From NCBI GenBank assembly GCA_030390025.1, contig CM059432.1:140990001-141054000 (forward strand): a DNA stretch of 64,000 nt, written 5' to 3'. The notes under the pieces are model-generated. The model was given only the letters and a program-made list of their open reading frames with translations. It had not been told where the DNA came from and did no database searches. Below are positions 39,000-52,224 of this stretch, piece by piece; within the stretch, counting starts at the first letter, position 1; every line of letters begins with the position of its first letter. This DNA is from Squalus acanthias. Its lineage: Eukaryota. The position numbers and the translations under genes were made by a program.

Positions 39000-39810
39000 A
39001 TGGGCCGATAAGTGGCAGGTAACATTCGCGCCACAGAAGTGCCAGGCAATGACTATCTCCAACAAGCGAGAGTCTAACCACCGCCCCATGACATGCAATG
39101 GCATTACCATCGCCGAATCCCCCACCATCAACATCCTGGGGGTCACCACTGACCAGAAACTTAACTGGACCAGCCTCATAAATACTGTGGCAACAAGAGC
39201 AGGTCAGAGGCTAGGTATTCTGCGGCGAGTGTCTCACCTCCTGACTCCCCAAAACCTTTCTACCATCTACAAGGCACAAGTCAGGAGTGTGATGGAATAC
39301 TCTCCACTTGCCTGAATGAGTGCAGCTCCAACAACACTCAAGAAGCTCGACACCATCCAGGACAAAGCAGCCCGCTTGATTGGCACCCCGTCCACCACCT
39401 TAAACATTCACTCCCTCCACCACCGGCGTACCGTGACTGCAGTGTGTACCATCTACAAGATGCACTGCAGCAACTCGCCAAGGCTTCTTTGGCAGCACCT
39501 CCCAAACCCGCGACCTCTTCCACCTAGAAGGACAAGGGCAGCAGGTGCATGGGAACACCACCCCCTCCAAGTTCCCCTCCAGGTCACACACCATCATGAC
39601 TTAGAAGTATATCGCCGATCCTTCATCGTCACTGGTTCAAAATCCTGGAACTCCCTACCCAACAGCACTGTGGGAGCACCTTCACCACACTGACTGCAGC
39701 GGTTCAAGGCAGCAGCTCAACACCACCTTCTCAAGGGCAATTAGGGATGGGCAATAAATGCTGGCCTTGCCAGCGACGCCCACATCCCATAAAAACAAAT
39801 GAAAAAAAAA
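39000..39810 (+). mobile_element. Second non-LTR family, 3' fragment (inverted relative to 28530-29512)
   Basis: WADKWQVTFAPQKCQAM…IYKAQVRSVMEYSPLA; tail ctggccttgccagcgacgcccacatccc + A-rich end. Confidence 0.85.
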
Positions 39811-40549
39811 CTTAGTTGAACAAAAATTGGATAAAAACACCATTTAAAAAAGTTAGCTTGTCAGAGAGTACCAGAAACCATACACTAAACACTGCGCTTT
39901 TCTTCAAAAGTAGAACATAAGAAATAGGAGGAGTAGGCCATTCAACCCTTTGAGCTTTTTTTTTCCCAGATTAAGTACTATTTTTTGTAATTCTAACTGG
40001 AGTACAAAATATTTTAAGATAGTTGATAAAATAGTTTCCTTTGATGAAACTTTATCATAATTTTACAGTAAATGCCCTTTAGCTCTAATACACCTTCATG
40101 AAAGCCCAACTTTTCAGTATTAACAAACTAGTTTTGAGCAAATTGGGAACCAGATTATCGGTAAAATAGATGACGGAGGTAAAACTGATCAGAAAATAAA
40201 GATCTAAATAATTCCACTTGCAGTATTGCATTATCCTGAATGATAATGGTAGACTCAAGCAGAAGTTAATAATCACACCAGTGTTTTTTTTCCCTCATTA
40301 TTTTTCTCCCCCTTCCAATCTCTCCTGATGGTGTTGACTGTGCGCAGGTATTGTTCCAAAGGCACCAGATATCTATCCCCTGGTCACTGGTGCACAATGA
40401 TGTAATATTTTAGCACACGAGGAGGTCTTTCGGCTCTTCTTGCCTGTGGTGAATTTAGGTCACTCTCAGTAGCTGATTTTATACAGTACCATTTTCTTTT
40501 CTCCCCAAACTAATCCCAGAAGAAAAATGGAAAAACAAACTCGGCTTAC

Positions 40550-40708
40550 CCTCTCTGTATCAGTAAAGGCTGGAGCTCAGCAATTGGAAAACCTTCTGGA
40601 GTAAAATACTTCAGCAGCTCTTTGGCATCAAGCTGAACTGGAAGTACTCTTTGGCTATCCTTGAGTCCCAAGAGAGTCTCAGATGAGCTTGCCAATATGG
40701 AACCAGCC
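40550..40708 (-). CDS. MTBP: MTBP exon (7th from last)
   Basis: ccag|G + [52 protein letters not shown] + GG|gtaag; 159 nt, phase 2-2. Confidence 0.92.
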
Positions 40709-43700
40709 CTGGATGCAAATAAACAGAGTTAGAAATTAAACATACCAGTAAAAAAGACAGACTTACATTTATATAGCATCTTTTACAACCTCAGGATGTC
40801 CCAAAGCGCTTTACAGCCAATGACGTACGTTTGAAGCGTAGTCATTGTTGTAATGTAGGAAATATATAGACTTAAAATTCATAAAGTTACAGTAATAATT
40901 TGTTAGTTGCTTACCCCTAATCACCTTTCTATCGTACTAAACATCATAGCAATATCAATCAATTCATAATAAAGTAGAGTCAAAAGAATAAAGGAGTTGC
41001 AAATGTATATTCTGCCTATACTCAATTTTTTTTGGATTGATTAAAAAATACAAATATAAAATCAAGCAACTATAGTGAAACTGTATTATGAACTGAACTA
41101 AACTGCAAATGCACAGCACGTTAATCAGTATCTGTAAATAGAAAAGATAGATTAATATCTGTGCGTTAAACAGATGCCAACAGACCTGCTGTGTATTTCT
41201 AGCATTTCTGTTCATATTTGTTTCCCACATTTGCAGTTTAAAAAAGAAAATCTTTATCAACTGGATGGCAAGTTACTTTTACTTGGCTATTTTTTTTAGG
41301 AAGATAAATAAAGTTTAGACTGCATATCATCCATCAGCAGGCACTTATTGGTAACTTTTAAATTGTGCATGTATGTAGAGAATTATTATAGAGGGTTAAA
41401 TATTAATATAGTTACTAAAATAATGTAGTGGAAAAAAAGCTAGTTATGATCTGAAAGAACCTTTTGCTTCACTTAACATTAACACAAATAAGTATACAGT
41501 TCTGCTCTGTCCTGCACTAGTTTCATTTTCACTTCTGTACTTTTCTAACTTGGCATCTTTATAAGGTCTAGCAAATGTTTCCTGTAATAAAATACTTGTC
41601 AAAACCCAGCACATTTGATCTTTTAACAACAAATTAGTTAGAAAGCGCTAGACATTTTTAATTTTTCTCAATTTCAACTAAAGAACATGTTGCACATTGT
41701 TTTGTTCAGATAGACCCACTCTCCCCATATATTTCTAGGCTGAAGATGCCAAGAAACATGAAATTAAAGATTATTTAAATGTTCTCATTCTATGTACAAA
41801 GTAACAATCTTGTACTGTGAAAAATAAGGCCAATGCGGCAATCTGCATTTATTACCAACTGTGTCCTTACACACATTAATTGGTTACATTCAACTCCAAA
41901 TGTCACCTTGAGCAATGCAAGTTGTTTCAAAATAAAGGCCGTTTTCCTCAAACTGGTCCCAGCTATTGTTTACAAAGTGGCTGCCACATTTGCTGCCCAA
42001 ACACAATCATTTTATCAAAGTTTTCAGACAAAAAAAAAGAGTGTAGCTGTGTGGTGATTTATATCTCCATGTATCATATTGCTGGATTTAAAACCAAAAC
42101 ACATAGCTAATAAGCAAGTCCAATCAGTCATGTTTCCCCCTCTGCCCTCCAAGAAGTGTCAGTTCCATTCCAAAAAAGAGGATTTTTTTTTTAAACAAGT
42201 GAAGTCTGAGGAGTCTGGGTGATGCAGCGGGATAATGTTCCATCTGAAATTACACTTGTTAAAGTAATGATCCACCAGCTACAAGAATGAATTACATTCA
42301 AAGAATGTGAAGAACATGCCACACCACTCATACTGGGAAATTGCTGTTCATGTCCTATTTGCATACAACAGAACTCATTTGTCATTATGCATTTCTTTAC
42401 AGTTGACTCCACATAACTGAATGCTTTATGCTCACATTATACGAGCAATTGACTCCACAACTGCAGAAACCACAGAACACCTACACAGGGAGCAAGACCG
42501 GTTTTTTTTGATCAAGGAGGTGAACTTTTTAAAGATAGTGTGCTCACAATAGACAAAGTGTTACAAATGACTAGAAGAAATAAACTGAGGTATGCTCTCA
42601 AAACTTTACCTCATTGTTTCTCCCCCTTCTTTGGATGACACTTGTGTGTACGGGTAGAGGCAATACTGTCTGTAGAGGCAATACTGTCTAACCCAACCAC
42701 ACACTTCAGATTGACGTGAAAGCTACCTCTGCAATGCCAGAGTTTGAAGAAATTCGTGGAGATTCACTTAGGCAAGACTGTGGGCAATAGGAGTGTCATG
42801 TTTTGGGATTTCAGACTATGTTGCCACCGGGGGGCCCTTGGGGTAATTAAATATTATAATTGTTACTACTGCAAGTCCACAGGACAGTAGGGCTGTCAGG
42901 TGTAGATTAGAATTTTAAGTGGAAATCTGAGACAACAAAAGATAGTTTGACATTTCAGTGATGATTCTCACACATTTGCTGCTGTGCCAACTCTATTTAT
43001 TTAAACTCAGCAGAGGTCAATGCCAAGTTAGGCTGGTAGATTCTGCTCTAGGGAGTGAAGCACACAAGTCAGTTTGGCTAAAAGATGACACCGGACGGAG
43101 TCAGGCTTTTATAACAGAGAAAGCTGCAAAAGCTAGAGGCAGGCAGGCAACAAAAATGGAATTCAGGAGAGAGGAGTTAGAAAATCAGCTTTATGTCAAG
43201 CAAGAAAAACCACCAATGTCGGGTAGCGTAGCATATTCATTATTTTATATTATATGAAAGCAAGCTGTAATGAAGAAAATAATCAAATCCAATTGTAACT
43301 GTTCTGTATGATCATCTGAGAAAGACAGCAGCATAACAATTCATATCGAGTCTCATCTCACCACACATTTGCTCGGTTTGGTCTTTGGCAAGATCAATGA
43401 AATACTAGTGCAAAAGACACGAGAATCCGCATCACAAGGGGATGCTATTGTTATATCCCTCGGTAATGCTATTGTACAAGTAGACAAGGGTTGCGCAAGT
43501 CAACTCAGATAAAGACCGCTAGAGGGGGTGGCTGATACCACTGATGCCAATAAGGCATCTGTGGCAAACCTAAATTCATAACAGGATGTAGTGACTGAAG
43601 TTGTGCATATGTATGTGCTATGTGAACAATACCAATTTTTCTTAACATTTGTTCGTCTGTTGTATGATCTCCAAGTGCAATTTTCCATTACAGCACTGAA

Positions 43701-43939
43701 CGTCTCATACTGAATTCAGATTTAGGCAGAGCCAGAAAGCATTATTTAATCTTACTGTCAGCAACAGTGCTCAAAAACAGTATGATTGGAATTGCTGGAA
43801 TTAGCCAAACATATTGAATTATTAGGGGAAAACTAGACTGCTGTAATGGGCGTTGGATTTTGCAATGAAAACGAACGAAGTTTTATGCAAGACTGGCCCT
43901 CTCAGTTTTGGTGATAAATATATAATAAACATATTTCAC

Positions 43940-44033
43940 CTGGTTTTCTGTCTGATTCTTTCAAGATTTTCATAGTTTTGAAGAACACTTCTCTCAGGCC
44001 ACTGTGAAGGGCTTAGAGTTGAGACATCACTTT
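43940..44033 (-). CDS. MTBP: MTBP exon (8th from last)
   Basis: ctag|AA + SDVSTLSPSQWPERSVLQNYENLERIRQKT + AG|gtgaa; 94 nt, phase 1-2; WPER.VLQN motif typical of MTBP. Confidence 0.9.
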
Positions 44034-44232
44034 CTAGATGGACAAAAGTTATAAATGAAAAATTCACAAAATGCCTAATTTCCTTAAAAAGAACCAGGTG
44101 TGCATTGTATTTAAAAGGGGAAGGAAAGAATATGGGGGAAGTACTAATTTGTTCAAAGTGTTCCCCTTTTTAATACACAAGAAAATAATGTTCGGCAGGA
44201 ATTTATGACTTAAGAAAAATAAATGGCAATTT

Positions 44233-44370
44233 AGTATCTGAAGAAAGGTCATCGACCTGAAACATTAATACTGTTTCTCACTCCACAGATGCTGCCCGAC
44301 TGAATGAGTGCTTTCCAGCATTTTTTGTTTTTATTTCAGATTTTCAGCATCCTCAGTATTTTACTTTTGT
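44233..44370 (+). mobile_element. Short Penelope family-A unit beginning at a hammerhead motif
   Basis: agtat-CTGAAGA-A-AGGTC-atc-GACCT-GAAA-catt-aatact followed by ctccacagatgctgc…tttcagattttcagcatcctcagtatttt. Confidence 0.75.
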
Positions 44371-45199
44371 CAATTTAACATCGCCAGGGATACTGTCAAG
44401 TATGTCTCCCATAATGCTAGGTTGCTCCAATGGTGCCAATTACGGGAGTATTGCTGTGAATCCCAAAGTGGCTCCGTAGCAAACAACAGGAGATACAACC
44501 TCAAAAGATACCCAACCTGTGCTACAGGTTAGCAATGCTTTTCCTTTAAAACAAGGAAACAATAAAGATATTCCTGGTAACATTATTATTTCCATTATTT
44601 CAAAATCCTTACCCTTAACTACAAATCTCTCCATAGTCTCATCCCATCCTACCTCTACAACTTTCTCTAGCCATACATCCCAGTTTACACCCTTCTGAAT
44701 ATCCATTACTGTGCAACATCCTCCTGCCCGCCGCCATTATTTGCATAGCCTTCAGCAATCAAGTTTCTGCTGACTGAAACTCACTTCCTAAAACCGTTCT
44801 GCCTTGCTTCATCACTCTCCCTTCTAAAGGGCCTCAAAACCTACTTCTTCAACCTTCCCTATGGTCATCTCCCCCAACACTCTTCCCAATCCCGTGCTGA
44901 TGGAAGTACTCCTCCATAGATTTTCCTTCCCTGCAAAGCAAGCAAAATCTTACTGCAGGCAATCTGCATGTACACCTGTGCACAAGGGTGTTAATGGTTA
45001 TATTATCTTACTTACATAGCTTAAATTTAATGACCTGTTAAAACAAAGAAAGTCCAGTTTGAATTTCAAACAAATGATTTGACTGATCAAAATAAACCTA
45101 CAAAATGTTAGTAATTAAATACATTTTACAACTAGTATTTTCCAGTTTGCTTAAAAGTGGTACTGTGTTTTACCAAGTACATTTGAATTAATCTACATA

Positions 45200-45943
45200 G
45201 GGCCGTATTTTGCGACCCCCTACGGGTGCGTATGCACCCGTAGGGGCCGCGCAAGTTCCGGGTTTAGGCATGCAAAGCGCATGTGCTAAAACCCGGAACA
45301 TGCGATCCGTCAAGAATCTTCTTGACAGATCCTCTGCATCCCCGGGAGATGGGCCTCTGCGGGTGGAGAGTTGCGCTATTTGCCCAACTTCCGCTCGCTG
45401 AATGCCTGTGAAATTCTTACACTTGGTAAAAGCAGATGTAAGGCCTGCTTTTACCAGCATAAGAGTTTTAAAAAATAGAAAAATAAAATTCTCATTTATA
45501 AAAACCCTGTCCAATAAGGTGTTTATTTTTAGCCCTGTTAAAAGACATTTTTTTTTTCAAAAAATTACACTTTTGTTTAAAATATTTAAGTAAATGTCAT
45601 TTTAATTAATTTATATATGTAAATTTTTTTAATTTATTTAATGAGATCGTGTATTTTTTAAGTGATCCCCATTCATACTTATGAGAGCTCCGTACGTATG
45701 GAACTCCTATAAGTATGAATGGGAATTCCCTTCTTTTATTGGTTGGGCCGGCCCACGTGATCCCAGGGCGCTTGCAAACCGCATGCACCCCTGGGATACG
45801 TGAGCCTCTGCCCGCGCGTACCCGGGAGGCCCAGGATCGCAAGCCTCCGTATCTCCCGGGCCACCAGGTAAATGCGTAGATTTTTTTTTTATAGGTCGGA
45901 GGCATCTGCCCACGGGAAGCCTCCGATCGCAAATGTTGGGCCA
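45200..45943. mobile_element. GC-rich MITE, probably PIF/Harbinger-derived
   Basis: Imperfect TIRs gggccgtattttgcga / tcgcaaatgttgggcca; 3-bp TSD ATA (45197-99, 45944-46); homologous in reverse to 58784-59546. Confidence 0.7.
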
Positions 45944-47000
45944 ATATGTTTTAGGCAATTATGGTACACGGCAGCCCTTTAAAAAAAATACTAACAGATT
46001 TATTATTTGGAATGGAAGGGAGGAGGGAAAAGCTATAAACTGTCAAAACTCCATTCAGTATCAACCCCAATGAGACTATTTTTATTTAAGGTGAGTCTTC
46101 TACTTATACATAGAAGGCACATTTCCACTGTACTTATTTGAGAATTTGGCAACAGTTTAATGTTTGAATTGTGTCTAGCCACTGTCACTTGACGAGGTCA
46201 GTTGGCACTCGTCATTAATAAGAGAAAGTACTGATATGTAGCAAAATTGTATGATCAGTGAATAACTCCCAAAAGATGACTTTTTGCCATTTAACAATTT
46301 TTCCTCCGACATGTATATTTTACTGCACAAGTATTTATTAAAGGTGAGGGGCAAGAATACAGGATACATCAACATGTTAAGAATTTAGTGAAGGATAAAA
46401 GTACTGAATAATAACTGACAGTAACACACAAGTCAGGTACAGCATGGGTCAAATGTAAGACAGCATATTTATATACTTTTTATTTTACAGATGCTGTTAT
46501 AGTCTCTTAGAATTAGACTGTCAAATCAGTGCTATGTTTTACTGAACTCAAAGAAAGTTTTACATTGTGGTTTCATGATTGATGTGAAATATATTGAAAC
46601 TGACAAAACTCATGTGTCATATAATTCTGTAATTTCCTGGTCCTCAGGTGACTCGTCTGCCTTCACTTAAAAGGATAACTTAGTTTTAATCATAATGGTT
46701 TCCTTTGATGTCTTCCACCCTTACAATGCTCTTTTTTCCTTTCCATCTCCAATTTACAGTCTTGGTGTTCCTCAACTGCTTTTTATATGTAATCCAGTCA
46801 TCTCTTCTAATTTTGTATAGCTTTTAAAACTCACTTTGCTTTCTCGGTCTACTTCGCTGGCCTTGTCTAGTCAATCACTCTGGCCATGTTTGACCCTCTC
46901 ATTTCTCATGAGATACAAGTCTTCAACTTCCCCTTAAAAGTATTATCCTATTTTACTGAAACCCAGTGCTTATTTTGCTGTTTTTAGTATCTTTCCTCAT

Positions 47001-47322
47001 AACATAAGAGCATAAGAAACAGAAGCAGGAGTAGGCTATTCAATAAGATCATGGCTGATCAGCTACCTCAACTCCACTTTCCTGCACTATCCCCATATCC
47101 TTTGATTCCCTTAGTGTCCAAAAATCTATCAATCTCAGTCTTGAATGTACTCAACGACTGAGCATCCACAGCCCTCTGGGGTAGAGAATTCCAAAGATTC
47201 ACGACCCGGAGTGAAGAAATTTCTCCTCATCGCAGTCCTAAATGGCCAACCACTTATTCTGTGACCCCTAATTCTAGACTCCCCAGCCAAGGGGAAACAT
47301 CCTCCAAGCATCGACCCTGTCA
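47001..47322 (-). mobile_element. CR1 3' fragment (host of a nested CR1; continues at 48304-48320)
   Basis: aacataaga…gcaggagtaggc tail; the host sequence gaccctgtca|agccctgtaagaattt is split by the insert. Confidence 0.8.
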
Positions 47323-48300
47323 CAATATATATTAATGATCTAGACGAGGGAACTAGATGTGATATCACCAAGTTTGCAGACGACACAAAGCTGGGTGGGC
47401 GTGTGTGCTGTGAGGAGGATGCAGAGAAACTCCAGTATGATTTGGACAGGTTGGGTGATTGGGCAGATGCATGGCAGATGCAGTATAATGTGGATAAATG
47501 CAAGGTTATCCACTTTGGTGGCAAAAACAGGAAGGCAGATTATTATCTGAACGGCAATAGATTGGGAAAAGGGGAAGTGCAACGAGACCTGGTTGTCCTT
47601 GTGCACCAGTCGCTGAAGGTAAGCATGCAGGTGCAGCAGGCAGTTAAGGCGGCAAATGGTATGTTGGCCTTCATAGCGCGAGGATTCGAGTACAGGAGCA
47701 AGGATGTCTTGCTGCAGCTGTACAGGGCCTTGGTGAGACCACACCTTGAGTACTGTGTGCAGTTTTGGTCGCCTTATCTGAGGAAGGATGTTCTTGCCAT
47801 GGAGGGAGTGCAGCGAAGATTCACCAGACTGATACCTGGGATGGCAGGAATGACGTATGGAGAGAGATTGGGTCGATTAGGCTTATATTCGCTAGAGTTT
47901 AGAAGAATGAGAGGGGATCTCATTGAAACTTATAAAATTCTAACAGGACTAGACAGACTAGATGCAGGAAGGATGTTCCCGATGGCGGGGGAGTCCAGAA
48001 CCAGGGGTCACAGTCTAAGGATAAGGGGTAAGTCATTTAGGACAGAGATGAGGAGGAATTTCTTCACCCAGAGAGTGGTGAACCTGTGGAATTCTCTACC
48101 ACAGAAGGCAGTTGAGGCCAATTCATTAAATATATTCAAGAGTTGGATATATTTCTTAAAGCTAAAGGGATCAAGGGATATGGGGAGAAAGCAGGGACAG
48201 GGTACGGAATTTGGATGATCAGCCATGATCTCATTAAATGGCGGAACAAGCTCGAGGGACCGAATGGCCTACTCCTGCTCCTATCTTCTATGTTTCTATG
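47323..48300 (+). mobile_element. Young CR1 3' 1-kb fragment, same subfamily as 25881-27321
   Basis: ORF 47403..48218 is nearly identical to 26510..27226; tgtca is repeated at both junctions (47318-22, 48299-303). Confidence 0.9.
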
Positions 48301-48672
48301 TCAAGCCCTGTAAGAATTTAACTATATAGGAATACCCTGAGGCCGAAGGCTGTCAATTGCTTGATCACTAATTATTCCTAGTACATTGCTGAACAGACAT
48401 CTCCAATTAACTTTATCCTTTCATTCTCTTCTCTGTTGAGGTAATCCTTATTCTATCCAATTAATTGCAGGGAAGTTCTAAAGATACAAATCATATGCAC
48501 TTTTAAATGACATTTAAGCTACAAAAATGAATTAATGATGTAATGGAGGCATCATAGACATTTAATTATTTGAGCAATTCAAAGCTTCAAGAATGAGCAT
48601 AGGGTCATTTATATATGCACAATTTTACTTTTTTTTTTAAAAGGTTAAATTTCTACAAAAAATATAACTTAC

Positions 48673-48834
48673 CAGTATGTTTAACAGCCTCTTGTTTTTG
48701 ACATATGTTACCCAGAGTGGTGCTTGGCAGGTTACTGCCACACTGCCTAAAGTACTGTTCTCTTGCCAAGGTTAACAATGCCTTCAATTCATTGACTGGA
48801 ATTAATGAATGCTTTTTATTCATCTGCTTTCTTT
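48673..48834 (-). CDS. MTBP: MTBP exon (9th from last)
   Basis: ctacag|AA + RKQMNKKHSLIPVNELKALLTLAREQYFRQCGSNLP…AVKHT + G|gtaag; 162 nt, phase 1-1, fits both neighbours. Confidence 0.85.
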
Positions 48835-49719
48835 CTGTAGAAATAAAATAAAGCAAAGGGTAACTAAATTATAATATAGAAATGACAAAGATTTATTTTT
48901 ATATAATATTCATCACATTTCAATGCACACTTGACAATTTGCCTACACAAAGCAAAGCTTTGCTTGTCTCAGTTTTGTGGGTTGGAGCTGCAAGTAAATA
49001 TTTCATATAATACAATACATTGAATTCTTAAAAAAAAAAAATCATACAGCAGCTTAACCACAATATTCTATGGTTTAAGACTATTTAGAGGTAACGGTAA
49101 TATTATAAATCCATATACCAGGAGTGTACTATTATGGTGGTCTTGTAGTCTTTAAATCACACTCCATCAATAGTAGCAGCTTCATCACCTTTAACTAAGC
49201 TACACTGAAGTATGTAGAACATTTGAAATATGGCTTAAAGTCAAAATGATGATAGTTTGGTTATCAAACTATTATTCTCAGCCTCATATCAACTGACTGA
49301 TAGCATCCTACTACATTGATGCATTTAAATTTTATTCAACCCCTTAACCATATAAAAATGTTACTCTATGTGAATTCTGACAACGATATAAAATTCCTTA
49401 TAATAAAATTTTACAAATATGTAAATTTTCATATATTTCCAAATTGGTAAACTAGCAAAAGCTGACCAACAGCTTCCAAAAAATAAAATTAACTCAAACA
49501 TCCCTGAATATGGGTATACCTGCAGTTTAAGTTCTGGCAAACCCATGTAGTGGGGCATGGACTTGTCATAACTTAAGGTGCAGGTATTTATATTTCAAAA
49601 GATTGTGATAAAAATTGCAGGAGATTTTCCCTCATTTCTTAGAGAAAATGCAGCTTGTTCGCCTATGTATTGCTACTCTCAGATACTAAAAAAGGCTGTT
49701 AAAAAAGCATACAGGATCT

Positions 49720-50565
49720 TAGAAATATAGGAGGCCATTCAGCCCCTCGAGCCTGTTGTCATTCAATGAGAACATGGTTGATCTGTATCCCAATTCCATC
49801 CACCCACATTAGCTCCATATCCCTTAATACCCTTGGATAACAAAAATCTATTGCTCAGATTTAAAATGATTTTTGTGGGAGAGAGTTCCACACTTCTACC
49901 ACCCTGTGTTTGCAGGAGTGTTTCCAACTTCTCTCTTGAATGGCCTCGCTCTGATTTTAAGGTTATGTCCCCTTGTCCTAGACTCCCCCAATAGCAGAAA
50001 AAGTTGCTTTCTATCTATCCTATCAATTTCTTTCAAAATCCTAAAAACTTCAATCTAATCACCCCTTAACCTTCTATGTTCCAGGGAATGCAAGCCTAGT
50101 TTATGTAATCTCTCCTCATAATCTAACCCTTGGAGCCCTGGTAACATTCTGGTAAATCTGCACTGCACTCCTTCTAAGGCCAATATATCCTTTCTAAGGT
50201 GTGGTGCCCAGAACTATACACAGTACTCCAGATGTGGTCTAACCAGGGCTTTGTACAGCTGTAGTAAAACTTCCTCCCCTTTATATTTTAGCCCTCTAGT
50301 TATAAAGTCTAGCATTCCATTAGTCTTTTTGATTACTTTTTGTACCTGACTACTACATTTTAGTGATCTGTGTACATGGACCCCTAAATCTCTGGACCTC
50401 CACTGTTCCTAGCTTTTCACCATTTAAAAAATACTTGGATTTATCCTTTTTTGGTCCAAAATGGATGACCTCACACTTAGCTGCATTGAAATCCATCTAT
50501 CAGTTTTGCCCACTCACGTAATCTATCAATGTCTCTTTGTAATTTTATGCTCCCATCTACATTAT
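49720..50565 (-). mobile_element. CR1 3' fragment
   Basis: Reverse complement matches the 38080-38930 subfamily (accacatctggagtactgt, ttaaggggtgatt). Confidence 0.8.
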
Positions 50566-50604
50566 GCCTTTACTTTAATTTTAGCTAACAATCTCTTATG
50601 TGGG

Positions 50605-52087
50605 GCTTTATCTTGGGCTTTATAATTAGAGGCATAGGGGGAGAAATTCAGTATCGCCCCATTTGGGGCGCAATTATCGGCCGGGCGCAAAGATTAGCGC
50701 CTGGCACTAATTATCGCCACCGACTGCAAACTTGACTTTTATCGCCCCTGGAGGTGATTGCAGCGCTATATCAGGCGCTTCACACCTGTCTTAAGGCGCA
50801 AAGGCCGAGGAACGAGGTGCTACCTCAGAGCGCTGGCAAAGCTCATGTAATGTCAGTCAGCAATGGAACACACACACAATGGCACGGGCCAGTTCTTAAA
50901 GGGGATGGTTAATCTTGTTTTCCATCCACATCCTGCTCATTGCAGCCTTGAATCTCGGCCTGGAGAGACCTACACATCAAATGTGCTGGAAAGAACAATG
51001 GAGAGTACCAGGCAAAGAGCTCAGAGTGCAGCCCCCACAGTCTCTGCTAAATCGATACAAGGAATGGCAAATCAAAATGAACCTGCAAAGTGCTGCTCAG
51101 TACCCAAAACTCCTTCACACAACGTTGAATCTCTCCAGAAGTCTCTCCCTCTCTCTCTCAGAATGCGTAGTTCAAAAATGGCACCAACAATAAAAGGCAG
51201 GAAGCGGTCACCTTTAAATAGCGCTCCCCCTTTCCCTTCATGACTGCAGAACGCTCCCCTCAACCTGTCGTTGCTAGCGTCAGGTGGTAAGGCAGGGGGC
51301 GCCACTCAATATCCGCTCCGGGGCGATACCGGGGCGTTGCGCACTTGAGTGACGTCATGATCTGCCGGTGCAGGAGATCGTGGCGGTAGTGTTTAGCGCC
51401 GCCGCAAAATGTCTAGTTAATTTCGCGAGCGGCGCAAACTTCGCCGCGCCTGGGCGCTAGATGCTTTGCGCCCCATTAGCGCCCTCTTAAGGCGCTAACG
51501 GGAGGTGCAACCAACTGAATTTTTCCCCCATAGGGTACAAAAGCAAGGAAGTTATAAATCACTTTATAAAATCACTGGTTAGCCCTCAGCTGGAGTGTTG
51601 CGTCCAATTCTGGACATCACACTTTAGGAAGGATGTCAAGGCCTTGGAGAGGGTGCAGGTAAGATTTACTAGAATGATACCAGGGATGGGGGACTTCAGT
51701 TATGTGGAGAGACTAGAGAAGCTGGGATTGTTCAACTTAGAGCAGAGATGGTTAAGGGGAGATTTAATAGAGGTGTTCAAAATTATGAACGGTTTTGATA
51801 GAGCAAAATAAGGAGAAACTGTTTTCACTGGCAGGAGGGTCAGTAACCAAAGGACACAGATTTAAGATAATGGGCAAAAGAACCAGAGGCGAGAGGAGAA
51901 TTTTCTTTTTTACACAGCGAATTGTTATGATTGGAATGCACTGCCTGAAAGGATGGTGGAAGCAGACTCAATAGTAACTTTCAAAAGGAAAACATTGCAG
52001 GGCTATGGGACTAATTGGATAGCTCTTTCAAAGAGCTAGCACGGGCACGATGGGCCGAATGGCCTCCTTCTGTGCTGTATGATTCTA
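50605..52087 (+). mobile_element. CR1 3' fragment interrupted by a MITE
   Basis: ttgggctttata…agaggcata|[insert]|gggtacaaaagcaagg…gatgggccgaatggcctccttctgtgctgtatgattct. Confidence 0.8.
50637..51529. mobile_element. GC-rich non-autonomous DNA transposon, probably PIF/Harbinger-derived
   Basis: TIR gggggagaaattcagt / actgaatttttccccc; 3-bp TSD ATA (50634-36, 51530-32) defined by the interrupted CR1. Confidence 0.8.
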
Positions 52088-52224
52088 AGACGAAGCCCAA
52101 CCTTAACCCACATCTGATGATCAAGAATGTACACATTATTACATCTTGCAAGATTTAGTCACAATTGTTTGCCGGATGTTCAGAAGATTCAGATATCTAT
52201 TGTACAATATACAACAAAACTTAC

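Noticed and set aside
38308..39315. Longest ORF (335 aa)
   Set aside because: Chance in-frame fusion of a CR1 3' end, a short spacer and a second LINE fragment; not a gene.
18303..42689. Short tandem duplications (ttgaaacatgacaa x2 at ~18303; agagtactgccc x2 at ~21397; gtagaggcaatactgtct x2 at ~42654)
   Set aside because: Two-copy slippage duplications without spacers; not CRISPR-like and no sign of function.
49119..49204. AG…GT-bounded segment that looked like an MTBP exon
   Set aside because: Stop codons in all three frames on the minus strand.
49246..49300. ATGATGA…CTGA resembling a C/D box snoRNA with a small hairpin
   Set aside because: Antisense to the host gene, short, no terminal stem; such motifs are expected by chance in AT-rich DNA.
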